Assembly (NCBI GenBank): GCA_046583315.1 | Contig: JAYGCN010000108.1 | Span: 1 to 39,564, forward strand | From: Candidatus Hydrogenedentota bacterium | GTDB lineage: Bacteria > Hydrogenedentota > Hydrogenedentia > Hydrogenedentales > GCA-2746185 | Direction: 5' to 3' | Length of the DNA stretch: 39,564 bases | Shown: piece after piece, positions 1 through 10,015 of the stretch | Layout of the letters: the number at the start of each line of letters is the position of its first letter | Numbering within the stretch: position 1 is the stretch's first letter | The notes under the pieces: generated by a model | Told to the model about the DNA's origin: nothing | The model's input: only the letters and a program-made list of their open reading frames with translations | The model's database searches: none | Program-made: the position numbers and the translations under genes

Positions 1-668
1 GCGTCCTGCGCGATGCCGTCACTCACATCCATCATCGCGCGCGCATGCGGCTGCTGAAGGAACCACTGTCCATACTCGACCCGCGGTTCGGGATGCACGT
101 GCGCACGAATCAATGTCTCCGCATCAAGCCCCTTTTCCAAGGCAAGCAATCCCGCACGCGAACGCCCCGGAGTACCCGTAATCAGTAGCATATCGCCGGA
201 TTGCGCTCCCTTACGCAACAGATACTTGCCATCGGCCGCCTCACCGATTACCGTCACATCGATCATCAGGCCTGCTGGAGAACGCGTCGTGTCGCCACCT
301 ATCACCGTAGCACCAACCGACTCTGCCGCATCCCGTATCCCCTCCGCGATGACCGTCAGATCCTCCACTTCGGTAGACGCGGGAATCGCCATCGAGGTCA
401 GCACGAATTGAGGTTGCCCACCCATTGCGGCGATGTCGCTCAGGGCCGCCGCTGTGGCTTTCCAGCCGATATCATAAGGCGAATACCAATCCCGCCTGAA
501 ATGCACCCCTTCGACAGACAGATCCGTCGAAATCAATTGGGTACGTTCCCCAACCTTGACCACGGCGCAATCGTCTCCCAAGCCCTGCACCACGTCAGGA
601 CTGCCCGGATAAATATCGCGCAAGCGATCAATAAAGGCGAATTCGCCCGTCTCGTCAAGGGAAGGCAT
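1..668 (-). CDS. thiL: Thiamine-monophosphate kinase, 3' end truncated by window edge
   Basis: Not in the ORF track; translated by hand from ATG at 668: MPSLDETGEFAFIDRL...GLGDDCAVV...STDLSVEGVHF...IGWKATAAALSDIAAMGG...IGGDTT...MMDVSDG, all ThiL motifs. Starts 6 nt after the nnrD stop. Confidence 0.93.
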   Translation of the reverse strand, partial: MPSLDETGEFAFIDRLRDIYPGSPDVVQGLGDDCAVVKVGERTQLISTDLSVEGVHFRRDWYSPYDIGWKATAAALSDIAAMGGQPQFVLTSMAIPASTEVEDLTVIAEGIRDAAESVGATVIGGDTTRSPAGLMIDVTVIGEAADGKYLLRKGAQSGDMLLITGTPGRSRAGLLALEKGLDAETLIRAHVHPEPRVEYGQWFLQQPHARAMMDVSDGIAQD

Positions 669-674
669 GAAGCG

Positions 675-1559
675 TTAATCCTGCTCCAATTGTAGCCACG
701 CTTCCGGCAGGCAATGAATTATATCCCGCGCCGCCATCCCACGCTGAGAATAATATTCCGCTGCCAGATCGCCCGCGAGACCATGCAGGTACACGCCAAG
801 CCGTGATGCATCGCCCCCCGTCATGCCCTGGGCAAGCAGTCCGCCGATCAATCCAGCCAAAACATCCCCGGAGCCACCCGAACCCATTCCGTTATTTCCG
901 GTAGTGTTCCGCACAAGCGTGCCGTCCGGTTCGGCGATCAACGTTCGATGGCCCTTCAAGACGACCGTTGAATTCAGTTGCGACGCCACGGACAACGCGC
1001 ATTCTTCAGTACGCTCCACAACATCCTTCGTGGCCGTGTGCAGAATGCGGGCCATTTCGCCGGGGTGGGGGGTCAGAACGGTCTCGTACTTTCGATTGGA
1101 AACGCAGTCGGTGCCTTTGGACAAAGCATTGAGACCATCCGCATCAATCACAAGAGGCGCACGACATTGCTCGATGAATTTAACGATGTATTGTTGCGTA
1201 CGACCGTGCAGCGAAAGACCCGGGCCGATCACGGCGGCGTCATTTTCCGCCGCGAACTCGGTTGTCGCTTCCAGCGCGGCCATCGTCAACGTACCTTCTT
1301 TCGTCTCCGCCAAAGGGAAGGTCATCGCTTCGAGCAGGCCCATGGAAGAGACTTCGCCCAGCGACTCAGGAACGCCAATCGTGATCAGTCCGACGCCCGA
1401 ACGAAGCGCACCGTTTCCCGCGAGCACAGGAGCTCCAGAATATCCCGTCGAACCGCCGATAATGAACACGTGGCCAAAGGTGCCCTTATGTCCATCGGGC
1501 GCGCGATGCGGTATTAATTTTCGAATGGTTTTTGCAGTCAGCTCTTCCATCTCGATCAT
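675..1559 (-). CDS. nnrD: ADP-dependent NAD(P)H-hydrate dehydratase (YjeF C-terminal domain only)
   Basis: Motifs HKGTFG, IGGSxGYSGA, IGPGL, VIDADGL, LTPHPGEM, VVLKG, GGSGDVLAG, YLHG. No epimerase domain. Start taken as ATG 1559 (1550 possible). Confidence 0.92.
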   Translation of the reverse strand: MIEMEELTAKTIRKLIPHRAPDGHKGTFGHVFIIGGSTGYSGAPVLAGNGALRSGVGLITIGVPESLGEVSSMGLLEAMTFPLAETKEGTLTMAALEATTEFAAENDAAVIGPGLSLHGRTQQYIVKFIEQCRAPLVIDADGLNALSKGTDCVSNRKYETVLTPHPGEMARILHTATKDVVERTEECALSVASQLNSTVVLKGHRTLIAEPDGTLVRNTTGNNGMGSGGSGDVLAGLIGGLLAQGMTGGDASRLGVYLHGLAGDLAAEYYSQRGMAARDIIHCLPEAWLQLEQD

Positions 1560-1765
1560 TCCCGATTCTTTATTGTGGCCGTGCTCTACAGTGTACCTTG
1601 AAATACCATTGAGTACCAATAGTATTCATAACGGTGCCTGATACATGGATCTTGAATAGCAGGAAAGCAGAAAAGTAATTGATTGACAAATATTTCCGAC
1701 CCCACGACCCGAGCATCCCTTCGTTCCAAAAACCTTCGTTGATTCGCTATACTATAGTTCAATTT

Positions 1766-3013
1766 ATGAATGATCCCGCCAAAACGAACGTGACTTCCAT
1801 CCAGAAAATAGCCCATTCAGACCCGCGCTGTGCCTATTTTGGTGCCTGCGGCGGCTGTCAGATGCAGGACCAACCTTACGAAGAGCAACTCGCGATTAAA
1901 CAAACGCGACTTCAGGATCTCGTCTCTAAATTCTGGGACGCTCCGATTCCCGTCCACGCATCCCCGGTACAGTGGAACTACCGCAACAAAATTGACATGA
2001 ACTGGGCGCTCAAACAATACGACGAAAAACCGCCCGACGACTTCGTGCGTGACACGCTGCTTGGCTTCAACAAAAAAGGTAAGTGGTATTTTCCGTTGGA
2101 CATTGACGAATGCTCGATCGCCGCCGAGTCCTCGACATCCCTCACGAAAGCCATGCGTGCCTGGGCCAAAGAACACGACTACCGCGCGGCCGATAGACGT
2201 ACCGAAAACGGCATATTGCGCATCCTGTTGCATCGGGAAAGTCGCCGCACGGGGGAGGGAATGGTCGTCCTGATTACCACCGACGGTGAAATGGACGAAC
2301 AATCTTTCGTGGATGCCGTTCGCGCGGTCTACCCGGCGACATCCATTTATCGGGGCATCTATCGAGGCACCGCACGCGGGGCATTTGCCGACGAACTCGT
2401 GTTGCTCCACGGAAGTCCGACCATCGACGAAGTGTTGCACGTGCCCGACGGCGATGGCATACGCCAATTACGCTTTCGCATATCCCCTTTCAGCTTTTTT
2501 CAAACGAATACGCTTGGCAGCGAAGTGTTGTACGGGATCATTCGCGATTGGGTGAAAGAAATCAACCCTTCGATACTCTACGATCTTTACGGCGGAGCGG
2601 GGGGGATCGCATTCTCGTGTTCCGATCTGGTGGATCTTGTGCGCTCGGTCGAAGTCGTCGAGTCCGCGACAGCTGACGGTGAGTACAACGCTCAGACCAA
2701 CAACATCGAAAACGTGTTTTTCACCACCAGCAAGATACGAGGATACCTGCAGCAGATCAACGAGCAAGGGGGCATGGAATCCAACAGTGCCGCCATCATC
2801 GATCCGCCTCGCGAAGGCATGACCCCGAAACCGCTTGAACGACTCGTGCGCGCGGCACCCCCAGACATCCTGTACGTCTCCTGCAAGCCCTCAGTGTTCG
2901 CGGAGGAATTAGAGGTATTCACGGAACGATACGAGATTACTTCCATGGAGGCCGTTGATCTATTCCCACAGACCGATCACGTTGAACTGGTGACCGCCCT
3001 ACGATTAAAGTAA
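1766..3013 (+). CDS. rlmD: 23S rRNA m5U methyltransferase, RlmD/RumA family
   Basis: CxxxxxCGGC Fe-S motif, YRNK, SFFQTN, DLYGGAG, DPPREG, YVSC (catalytic Cys), DLFPQTDHVE. Start ATG 1766 chosen; exact RNA target not determinable. Confidence 0.85.
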   Translation: MNDPAKTNVTSIQKIAHSDPRCAYFGACGGCQMQDQPYEEQLAIKQTRLQDLVSKFWDAPIPVHASPVQWNYRNKIDMNWALKQYDEKPPDDFVRDTLLGFNKKGKWYFPLDIDECSIAAESSTSLTKAMRAWAKEHDYRAADRRTENGILRILLHRESRRTGEGMVVLITTDGEMDEQSFVDAVRAVYPATSIYRGIYRGTARGAFADELVLLHGSPTIDEVLHVPDGDGIRQLRFRISPFSFFQTNTLGSEVLYGIIRDWVKEINPSILYDLYGGAGGIAFSCSDLVDLVRSVEVVESATADGEYNAQTNNIENVFFTTSKIRGYLQQINEQGGMESNSAAIIDPPREGMTPKPLERLVRAAPPDILYVSCKPSVFAEELEVFTERYEITSMEAVDLFPQTDHVELVTALRLK

Positions 3014-3082
3014 GGATTCGTCTGGATTAACTGTTTTGTAGCCATAATGACAACGATTTCATTCCCGCTGGGAGGCCATACC

Positions 3083-4213
3083 ATGAAAAATCTGACAAGC
3101 ATCTTTGCCGTCACCCTACTCGCCGCGTTCGCTACCACAACGCAAGCAGATGTGCATGAAAATCTGTCCAAGATTAATATGCCCCCCGGCTTCGCGATCA
3201 GTATTTACGCCGAAGGTGTCACCAACGCGCGTCAGATGGCTCTTGGCGACAAGGGTACCGTTTTCGTCGGTTCTCGCACTGCTGGCAACGTCTATGCCGT
3301 CGTGGATTCCGACGGCGATTACAAAGCCGATTCGGTCAAGATCATTCTGGCCTCCGGCCAGAAATTGCCCGACGGATCCGTCGCCAACATGCCCAGTGGA
3401 ATCGCTTTTAAGGACGGCGCACTCTACATTGCGGCGTTGAGCCACATTTTGCGATTCGACGATATCGAAAACAAACTCGATAATCCCGGCGATCCTGTGA
3501 TTGTCACTGATGCCTTTCCAGACAAACGACATCACGGCTGGAAATCGATTGCGTTTGGGCCTGATGGAAAACTCTATGTCCCCGTGGGTGCGCCGTGCAA
3601 CACCTGTCCCGAAACGGAAGAGATTATGAACATTCAACGCATAAACCCGGACGGAACTGGACGCGAAATCGTTGCGCGCGGTGTACGCAATACGGTCGGC
3701 TTCGACTGGCATCCGGAGACTGGCGAGCTCTGGTTTACCGATAACGGCATCGACGGACTGGGCGACGACATGCCCGCAGACGAACTCAATCGCGTTTCCG
3801 AAGTCGGCCAACATTTCGGATTTCCCTACGTGCACCAAGGCGACACCCTCGATCAACGCTACGGTCGCGGCAAGAAACTTTCAGACTATGTAGCGCCCGC
3901 ACAAAAACTGAATCCGCATACCGCCGCGCTCGGCATGAAATTTTACACCGGCTCCATGTTCCCTGAAGAATACAAAAACGTCATCTTCATCGCGGAACAC
4001 GGCTCCTGGAACCGTAAGGAGAAGATTGGATATCAACTGACGACCGTCGTGCAAGACGGTGAAAAGGGAACGCGTTATTTGCCCTTCGCCACGGGGTGGC
4101 TGGATGGACGATCCGCATGGGGCCGCCCTTGCGATGTCATAATAATGCCCGATGGTTCAATGTTGGTCTCGGACACCAACGCTCATGTACTATATCGAAT
4201 TACCTATAAATAG
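3083..4213 (+). CDS. Secreted PQQ-dependent sugar/L-sorbosone dehydrogenase family beta-propeller (paralog 1)
   Basis: GGAGG RBS at 3071, signal peptide, motifs MPPGFAISIYA, HHGWK.I.FGPDGKLY, GAPCN, GVRNTVGFDW, DELN, HGSWNR, GRPCDV. Confidence 0.88.
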   Translation: MKNLTSIFAVTLLAAFATTTQADVHENLSKINMPPGFAISIYAEGVTNARQMALGDKGTVFVGSRTAGNVYAVVDSDGDYKADSVKIILASGQKLPDGSVANMPSGIAFKDGALYIAALSHILRFDDIENKLDNPGDPVIVTDAFPDKRHHGWKSIAFGPDGKLYVPVGAPCNTCPETEEIMNIQRINPDGTGREIVARGVRNTVGFDWHPETGELWFTDNGIDGLGDDMPADELNRVSEVGQHFGFPYVHQGDTLDQRYGRGKKLSDYVAPAQKLNPHTAALGMKFYTGSMFPEEYKNVIFIAEHGSWNRKEKIGYQLTTVVQDGEKGTRYLPFATGWLDGRSAWGRPCDVIIMPDGSMLVSDTNAHVLYRITYK

Positions 4214-4231
4214 CAACACGGAGAAGTAACT

Positions 4232-5389
4232 ATGAAACGGCTCGGAACACTGATTTTGGCTACCCTTGTGGCGGTCTCGGCTCACGCGCAAGACATCGAT
4301 GTAGCCGAACAACTCAAGAACATTAACCTGCCCGACGGCTTCAAAATCGAAGTCTACATCGATGACATCGCCAATCCGCGCCAAATGGCACTCGGGGATA
4401 ACGGCACCGTTTTTGTCGGCACACGTGGAGCCGGTTCGGTGTACGCTGTTGTGGACAAGGACGGCGACTACAAAGCCGATGCCGCATATACGTTGCTCTC
4501 CAAACGCGAGAAACTGCCCGACGGTACTCGTGCGAACATGCCCAACGGTGTCGCGTTTAAAGACGGCTCGCTTTATATCAGTGCGGCGAATAACCTGTTA
4601 CGTTTTGACGACATCGAGTCGAAACTCGAAAAGCCAGGTGACCCGGTTATCGTTGCATCTGATATCCCCATCGGAAAGACACACTTCTGGAAATACATCG
4701 GATTCGGACCCGACGGAAAACTCTACATCCCCAGCGGCGCGCCCTACGACATCCCTGAGGGCGCACCCTACGATTTGGCAGCCGACGAAGAAGAACACAT
4801 GATCATTTTGCGTATGGATGCCGACGCGAAAAATCGTGAAGTCTACGCCCGCGGCATTCGTAATACGCTCGGATTTGACTGGGATCCAAAGACAGGCGAT
4901 CTCTGGTTCACCGATCATGGTTCCGACCACCTCGGCCTCGATTCTCCGCCTGATGAACTAAACCGCATAAGCAAGCCCGGTCAGCATTTCGGATTTCCCT
5001 ACGTGCACGGTCAAGACATTCTCGACCCGGTGCATGGAAAAAATCAGGAACTCTCCAGGTTCACGCCGCCCACACAAGACCTCGTTCCGCATGCCGGTGT
5101 GATGGGTATGAAATTCTACGACGGCGACATGTTCCCGGCGGAATACAAAAACGCCATCTTCATCACCGAGAAAGCTGGACATCGTGGCGAACCCGAAAAA
5201 TCGCAGCGCGTTACCGTCGTAAAACATGACGGCACAAAAAGTACTTCCTACGAAGCTTTCGCAACCGGATGGCGTGTCGGCGAAAAAGCCTGGGGGAAAC
5301 CGGTCGATGTGCTGGTGCTGGATGATGGCTCCATGCTCGTATCCGACGATGCCGCAAATGCCATTTACCGCATCTCGTACACCAAATAA
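4232..5389 (+). CDS. Secreted sorbosone dehydrogenase family beta-propeller (paralog 2, diverged)
   Basis: Collinear with 3083..4213 (LPDGFKIEVY, FGPDGKLY, GIRNTLGFDW, DELN, HFGFPYVH, GKPVDV); signal peptide; GGAG RBS. Confidence 0.87.
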   Translation: MKRLGTLILATLVAVSAHAQDIDVAEQLKNINLPDGFKIEVYIDDIANPRQMALGDNGTVFVGTRGAGSVYAVVDKDGDYKADAAYTLLSKREKLPDGTRANMPNGVAFKDGSLYISAANNLLRFDDIESKLEKPGDPVIVASDIPIGKTHFWKYIGFGPDGKLYIPSGAPYDIPEGAPYDLAADEEEHMIILRMDADAKNREVYARGIRNTLGFDWDPKTGDLWFTDHGSDHLGLDSPPDELNRISKPGQHFGFPYVHGQDILDPVHGKNQELSRFTPPTQDLVPHAGVMGMKFYDGDMFPAEYKNAIFITEKAGHRGEPEKSQRVTVVKHDGTKSTSYEAFATGWRVGEKAWGKPVDVLVLDDGSMLVSDDAANAIYRISYTK

Positions 5390-5397
5390 ATCAATCC

Positions 5398-5445
5398 ATC
5401 GGGGCTGGCTCATCATTGTGGTGTAGTTGGCCCCGATTTGATTTG
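5398..5445 (+). terminator. Probable intrinsic terminator after the dehydrogenase pair
   Basis: ATCGGGGCTGGCT...AGTTGGCCCCGAT forms a 13-bp stem with G-U pairs, 8 nt after the stop, followed by TTGATTTG. Confidence 0.55.
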
Positions 5446-5467
5446 AATAGCCCCTTTTTGCTACCGT
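5438..5467 (+). promoter_or_regulatory. Candidate sigma70 promoter for serA
   Basis: TTGATT-N18-TACCGT with extended -10 TG at 5459-5460. Confidence 0.4.
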
Positions 5468-5605
5468 AGCCGCTCTTGAATCGAGGCTGGCTCCGGCTAT
5501 TGATCGACAAGCTGAGAGCGATTTCGGGCTCTTCGCCCCAGTTTTTCAGTCTCGAAACCTTGTGTGCTCACGTGCGCAACCCCATGTATAGGAGTGTCTT
5601 AGGAA

Positions 5606-7186
5606 ATGCCCAAGATTTTGGTACTAGACAATCTGAGCCAGGAAGGCATTGATGTCTTCGAAAAGGCCCCAGGCTTCGAAGTGGACGTCAAAGCGCCTCA
5701 AAAGCCCGATGAGTTGGCCGCCATTATCGGCGACTACGATGGCCTGGTTATCCGCAGCGCAACAAAAGTTACCGCCGAAGCCCTCGCGAATCCCGGTAAA
5801 CTCAAAGTGATCGGTCGTGCAGGCGTAGGCACTGACAACATCGACAAGACCGTCGCAACCAATGCCGGTATCGTCGTGATGAACACCCCAGGCGGAAATA
5901 CCATCTCCACCTGCGAACATACCTTTGCGTTACTTTTCGGCCTGTGCCGCAACATCCCCGCAGCCCACGCATCCATGGATGCCGGACGCTGGGACCGCAA
6001 AAAGTTTATGGGCAGCGAAGTCTGTGGCAAAACCCTCGGTATCGTAGGTGTCGGACGCATCGGCGGTGCTGTCGCCAAACGCGCGCAAGCCTTCGAAATG
6101 AAAATAATCGCCTTTGATCCCGTTCTCACACAACTCAAAGCCGACGCACTCGGCATCGAACTCGTCAGTATCGATGAGCTCGCCGAGCGTTCCGACTTCA
6201 TCACCATTCACGTGCCCAAGACACCCGAAACCGAAAATATGTTCAACGCCGAACGCTTCAAAATGATGAAAGACACCGCCTGCATCATCAACTGCGCACG
6301 CGGCGGCATCGTCAACGAAGCCGATCTCGCCGAAGCCCTCAAGAATGGCGACATCGCCGGCGCAGGACTCGACGTATATACCTCCGAACCCTTTGAGGAC
6401 AACCCTTTTATCGGTCTCGACAACATCGTCACCACGCCACACCTTGCCGCCTCTACTGGAGAGGCGCAGTTGACCGTAGCCATAGACGTGGCTGAACAAA
6501 TTATTGAATACCTGGATACTGGCGCTATCAACAACGCTGTCAACGTACCCAGCCTCGACAGCGAGACCCGTGAGAAAATGGGTCCGTTGCTGCATCTCGG
6601 ACAGCAACTCGGGAAGTTTCAGGCCCTGTATACCGAAGGCCGCCCTACCGGGTTGGAGATCGAATACTCCGGTGAACTCGATGTGACGGACACCTATCCC
6701 ATTACCGCGTCCATTTTGATGGGCTTCCTCGAGCCGACAACCGATTCTGTCAACATGGTCAGCGCTCCGAGTTTACTCAAAGATCACGGCATCAGCGTCA
6801 CTGAAACACGCACACCGGATGATCAGGATTTCGGATTCCAGATAAAAGTTTCGATTACGACTGATACCGAAAAGACAACCATATCGGGAACGCTTTTCGA
6901 AGGCAATGCCCCACGCATCGTCACCATCGAAGGAACCCGGATGGACGCAGTGCCCGAAGGCTGCCTGCTCGTATGTATCAATGAAGACATGCCCAATGTA
7001 TTGGGCCATATAACGACCATAATCGGTGAAGCACAAGTCAATATTGCCAATCTCACGTTGGGGCGTGACGAATTAGGCGGACGTGCACTGACACTGGTGA
7101 ATTTGGATAGTCCTCTGTCTGAGGACACGCTGAATGCGATTCGTGGAACCGAGCACGTCAAACAGGTTCGACAAGTACAACTGTAA
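5606..7186 (+). CDS. serA: D-3-phosphoglycerate dehydrogenase (long type with ASB and ACT domains)
   Basis: IRSATKVT, GRAGVGTDNID, GVGRIG, INCARGG, TPHLAASTGEAQ, C-terminal ACT domain; AGGAG RBS. Confidence 0.96.
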   Translation: MPKILVLDNLSQEGIDVFEKAPGFEVDVKAPQKPDELAAIIGDYDGLVIRSATKVTAEALANPGKLKVIGRAGVGTDNIDKTVATNAGIVVMNTPGGNTISTCEHTFALLFGLCRNIPAAHASMDAGRWDRKKFMGSEVCGKTLGIVGVGRIGGAVAKRAQAFEMKIIAFDPVLTQLKADALGIELVSIDELAERSDFITIHVPKTPETENMFNAERFKMMKDTACIINCARGGIVNEADLAEALKNGDIAGAGLDVYTSEPFEDNPFIGLDNIVTTPHLAASTGEAQLTVAIDVAEQIIEYLDTGAINNAVNVPSLDSETREKMGPLLHLGQQLGKFQALYTEGRPTGLEIEYSGELDVTDTYPITASILMGFLEPTTDSVNMVSAPSLLKDHGISVTETRTPDDQDFGFQIKVSITTDTEKTTISGTLFEGNAPRIVTIEGTRMDAVPEGCLLVCINEDMPNVLGHITTIIGEAQVNIANLTLGRDELGGRALTLVNLDSPLSEDTLNAIRGTEHVKQVRQVQL

Positions 7187-7244
7187 GAACACAGCATTCA
7201 GGGGTGTTTGTGTTGAAAAAAAGTGAGATTCAATGGAGAAACGA

Positions 7245-8480
7245 ATGAGTAGCTACGAATTTATTAAAGTGCCCGATGGGGAAAAAATTAGCGTTAACGG
7301 CGACGGTTCACTGAATGTTCCGGACAATCCAGTTGTAGGGTTTATCGAAGGCGACGGCATTGGCCCGGATATCTGGGCCTCCGCAAAAAACGTGTTGGAC
7401 AGCGCCGTCGACAAAGCATACAACGGTTCCAAAAAAATCGCCTGGATGGAAATCTACGCGGGCGAGAAAGCGAATGACGTTACCGGCTCCTACCTACCCG
7501 ACGAAACGCTCGAAGCCATCAAGGAATTCGTCGTTGCTATCAAAGGCCCACTGACCACACCCATTGGCGGTGGATTCCGCAGCCTGAACGTAAGCCTGCG
7601 CCAACTGCTCGATCTCTTTGCCTGTGTACGACCCATTCGTCATTTCAGTGGCGTACCCAGCCCGGTGCTTCACCCCGAACTCGTCGACATGGTTATCTTC
7701 CGTGAGAATACCGAAGACGTATACTCCGGCCTCGAAGTCGAAGAAGGCAAACCCGAAACCAAAAAGCTCATCGACTTCCTGAACAACGATATGGGCTGGA
7801 ACGTACCCGCTGACTCCGGCATCGGCATCAAACCCATCAGCGAAAGAGGCTCCAAGCGGCTCATCCGCGCCGCCATCCAATACGCCATCGACAACAACCT
7901 TCCCACCGTCACTCTTGTCCATAAGGGCAACATCATGAAGTTCACCGAAGGGGCCTTCATGAAGTGGGGATACGAACTCGTCAAAGAAGAATTTTCCGAT
8001 GTCGCAGTGGGCTGGGAAGACTGCGACGGCGATCCCGGCGACAAGATCCTCGTCAAGGACTGCATCGCCGACATCTTTCTGCAACAAATCCTGACGCGCC
8101 CGACCGATTTCGATGTCGTCGCCACCATGAACCTCAACGGCGACTTTATAAGCGATGCGCTTGCGGCTCAGGTCGGCGGTATCGGCATTGCACCCGGAGC
8201 CAATATCAATTACGAGAACGGCGTCTCGATGTTCGAAGCCACCCACGGTACGGCACCAAAATACGCTGGCCTCGACAAGGTGAACCCCAGCAGCGTGATT
8301 CTCTCCGGAGTAATGATGTTGACCTACATGGGCTGGACCGAAGCGGCTGATGCGATAACCAAGGCCATGATAAAGACCATCGAGTCCAAGAAGGTCACGT
8401 ACGACTTTCATCGCCTCATGGACGATGCGGTCTTGCTTAAATGCAGTGAATACGGCGAAGCCATTGTATCCAATCTATAG
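7245..8480 (+). CDS. icd: Isocitrate dehydrogenase (NADP+, E. coli/Bacillus type)
   Basis: [71 protein letters not shown] precedes ATG 7245. Confidence 0.96.
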   Translation: MSSYEFIKVPDGEKISVNGDGSLNVPDNPVVGFIEGDGIGPDIWASAKNVLDSAVDKAYNGSKKIAWMEIYAGEKANDVTGSYLPDETLEAIKEFVVAIKGPLTTPIGGGFRSLNVSLRQLLDLFACVRPIRHFSGVPSPVLHPELVDMVIFRENTEDVYSGLEVEEGKPETKKLIDFLNNDMGWNVPADSGIGIKPISERGSKRLIRAAIQYAIDNNLPTVTLVHKGNIMKFTEGAFMKWGYELVKEEFSDVAVGWEDCDGDPGDKILVKDCIADIFLQQILTRPTDFDVVATMNLNGDFISDALAAQVGGIGIAPGANINYENGVSMFEATHGTAPKYAGLDKVNPSSVILSGVMMLTYMGWTEAADAITKAMIKTIESKKVTYDFHRLMDDAVLLKCSEYGEAIVSNL

Positions 8481-8513
8481 CGTCGCACATTAAACCTGAA
8501 TACATCTGCTCAT

Positions 8514-8550
8514 CGAGCCGAACGCTACGCGCAGCGTTCGGCTCGTTTGC
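8514..8550 (+). terminator. Intrinsic terminator after icd
   Basis: Perfect 13-bp stem CGAGCCGAACGCT/AGCGTTCGGCTCG with a 6-nt loop, followed by TTTGC. Confidence 0.75.
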
Positions 8551-8618
8551 GTTCTGGAGAAAGGTGTGACAGAATGCAGCTTCGGTAAAAAGTTTCCACG
8601 TCGGGAAGGAACCTGGAC

Positions 8619-9308
8619 ATGAACCTGGACGACGATGCCTTCGAAGCGCTACTTCATCGCACCCATGCAGGACAATATGTAAACAGTGCGACGCACGATC
8701 TCAACAACGTGCTTGGTGCCATCATGGCCTACGCTGACCTTATCAAGATGGATTCGAAAGATCCCGAGACTACCCGCATGGCCGGCGAAATTGTTGCCGC
8801 TTCGGAAAAAGGGGCCAAACTCCTCGAAGCGCTCACCATGATCGCGAGACCTGTGAATATCGGACGATCCGAGACCGCGTCCGTCTCCGATGTATTCAGC
8901 GCCATTGAGCTGCTGTTCGCCTACGACATCAAGCGTCAGGGCGTTGATGCGACCTTTACCATTGATAGCGAGGTTCATCAGCTGTTTATGGAGGATCACA
9001 TGCTTCAGCGAATTCTGATGCGCCTCATCGACAACGCGATGGATGCCCTTGACGATACGCCACAAAAAACACTGCGGGTTGAGTCTACGCGCGATGGTGC
9101 TTCGGTCCAAATCGTCGTAAGCGATTCAGGAACGGGCGTGCCCGACGAAGTTGCGCAGACCCTTTTCGATCCACAGGTCTCCACCAAAGACGGACACATT
9201 GGCATGGGACTCACGCTGGCTCGACAACTTGCAACGGCATGCGGCGCGACGCTTGAGTATGACAAGGGCAGCCGCTTCATCCTGACGGCACGTCACTGCG
9301 ACGCCTGA
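8619..9308 (+). CDS. Histidine kinase core (HisKA + HATPase_c) without sensor domain
   Basis: H-box THDLNNVL, N-box LIDNAMDA, G1 DSGTGVP, F LFDP, G2 GMGL. RBS GGAAGGA; in-frame TAA at 8586 blocks upstream extension. Confidence 0.85.
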   Translation: MNLDDDAFEALLHRTHAGQYVNSATHDLNNVLGAIMAYADLIKMDSKDPETTRMAGEIVAASEKGAKLLEALTMIARPVNIGRSETASVSDVFSAIELLFAYDIKRQGVDATFTIDSEVHQLFMEDHMLQRILMRLIDNAMDALDDTPQKTLRVESTRDGASVQIVVSDSGTGVPDEVAQTLFDPQVSTKDGHIGMGLTLARQLATACGATLEYDKGSRFILTARHCDA

Positions 9309-9312
9309 CCAC

Positions 9313-9984
9313 TCACGGTTGATGGCGATACGACACGACCGATTCGACCACGCAAGATACTCCGTCCAGGGTCGGTGCCGTTTCTTGATTTCCCGATGAT
9401 TCAACCCATTTCACGGTAACAATTCTTACTGCTTCAACCTCATAGATGTCGGTCTTCATGAGATCCGCGACAGACTGCGCATGTATCAGCGCGCTTTCCG
9501 TCGCCTGCTGCACCGCATTGTGCTCGTGACGTATTGTTTCATTCACGAAGAAACGTGGTCCACTTAGTTCCCCGTTCACCGTTGCCGCAACCTTTACCAT
9601 GTCATCACACATCCTGGCAAAGCCGGTCGCCCGCTCAAGTGGATCGGAAAGAATTGGCAACTCAAATACGACATCGGTCGTTGTAGTTATTAGTGGATAG
9701 GAAATATCCCCAATGTGAGGCGCATTTACCTGCGTTGACAAGGGTTTAAGTTTTAGCGTCTCCAGAGCATTATTCAGTGCAGCAGAAAACAACCGTGCCT
9801 GCTCCGATGATGCCTGAAATGACTCCTGTTCGAAACGTCCATGCACCTGAAACGCAACCCGCGTAGGGGCGATTCGGTATTTGGCCGTGTTCGAAATTGA
9901 AATGATCGGTGGCGTAACGACTTGGCTCACGGCGGGCATCGCGCTCACCGTCAAAAGAATGAGTAACACTCCCCGGAACATCAT
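9313..9984 (-). CDS. Exported SIMPL/DUF541-like protein
   Basis: Signal peptide; ISISNTAKYRIAPT start, AVQQAxxxAxxxAxxxA helix and terminal VVSY strand match the SIMPL pattern. Confidence 0.6.
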   Translation of the reverse strand: MMFRGVLLILLTVSAMPAVSQVVTPPIISISNTAKYRIAPTRVAFQVHGRFEQESFQASSEQARLFSAALNNALETLKLKPLSTQVNAPHIGDISYPLITTTTDVVFELPILSDPLERATGFARMCDDMVKVAATVNGELSGPRFFVNETIRHEHNAVQQATESALIHAQSVADLMKTDIYEVEAVRIVTVKWVESSGNQETAPTLDGVSCVVESVVSYRHQP

Positions 9985-10015
9985 TGTACGTTCCTCCCTT
10001 TTTGCCCATCGGGTA

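Noticed and set aside
201..695. Plus-strand 164-aa ORF
   Set aside because: It is the antisense of thiL, which the ORF track missed because thiL runs off the window edge.
7494..8411. Long antisense ORFs over icd (similarly over serA, dnaA, pdxA and nnrD)
   Set aside because: These are expected from codon bias in conserved genes, and they carry no recognisable motifs.
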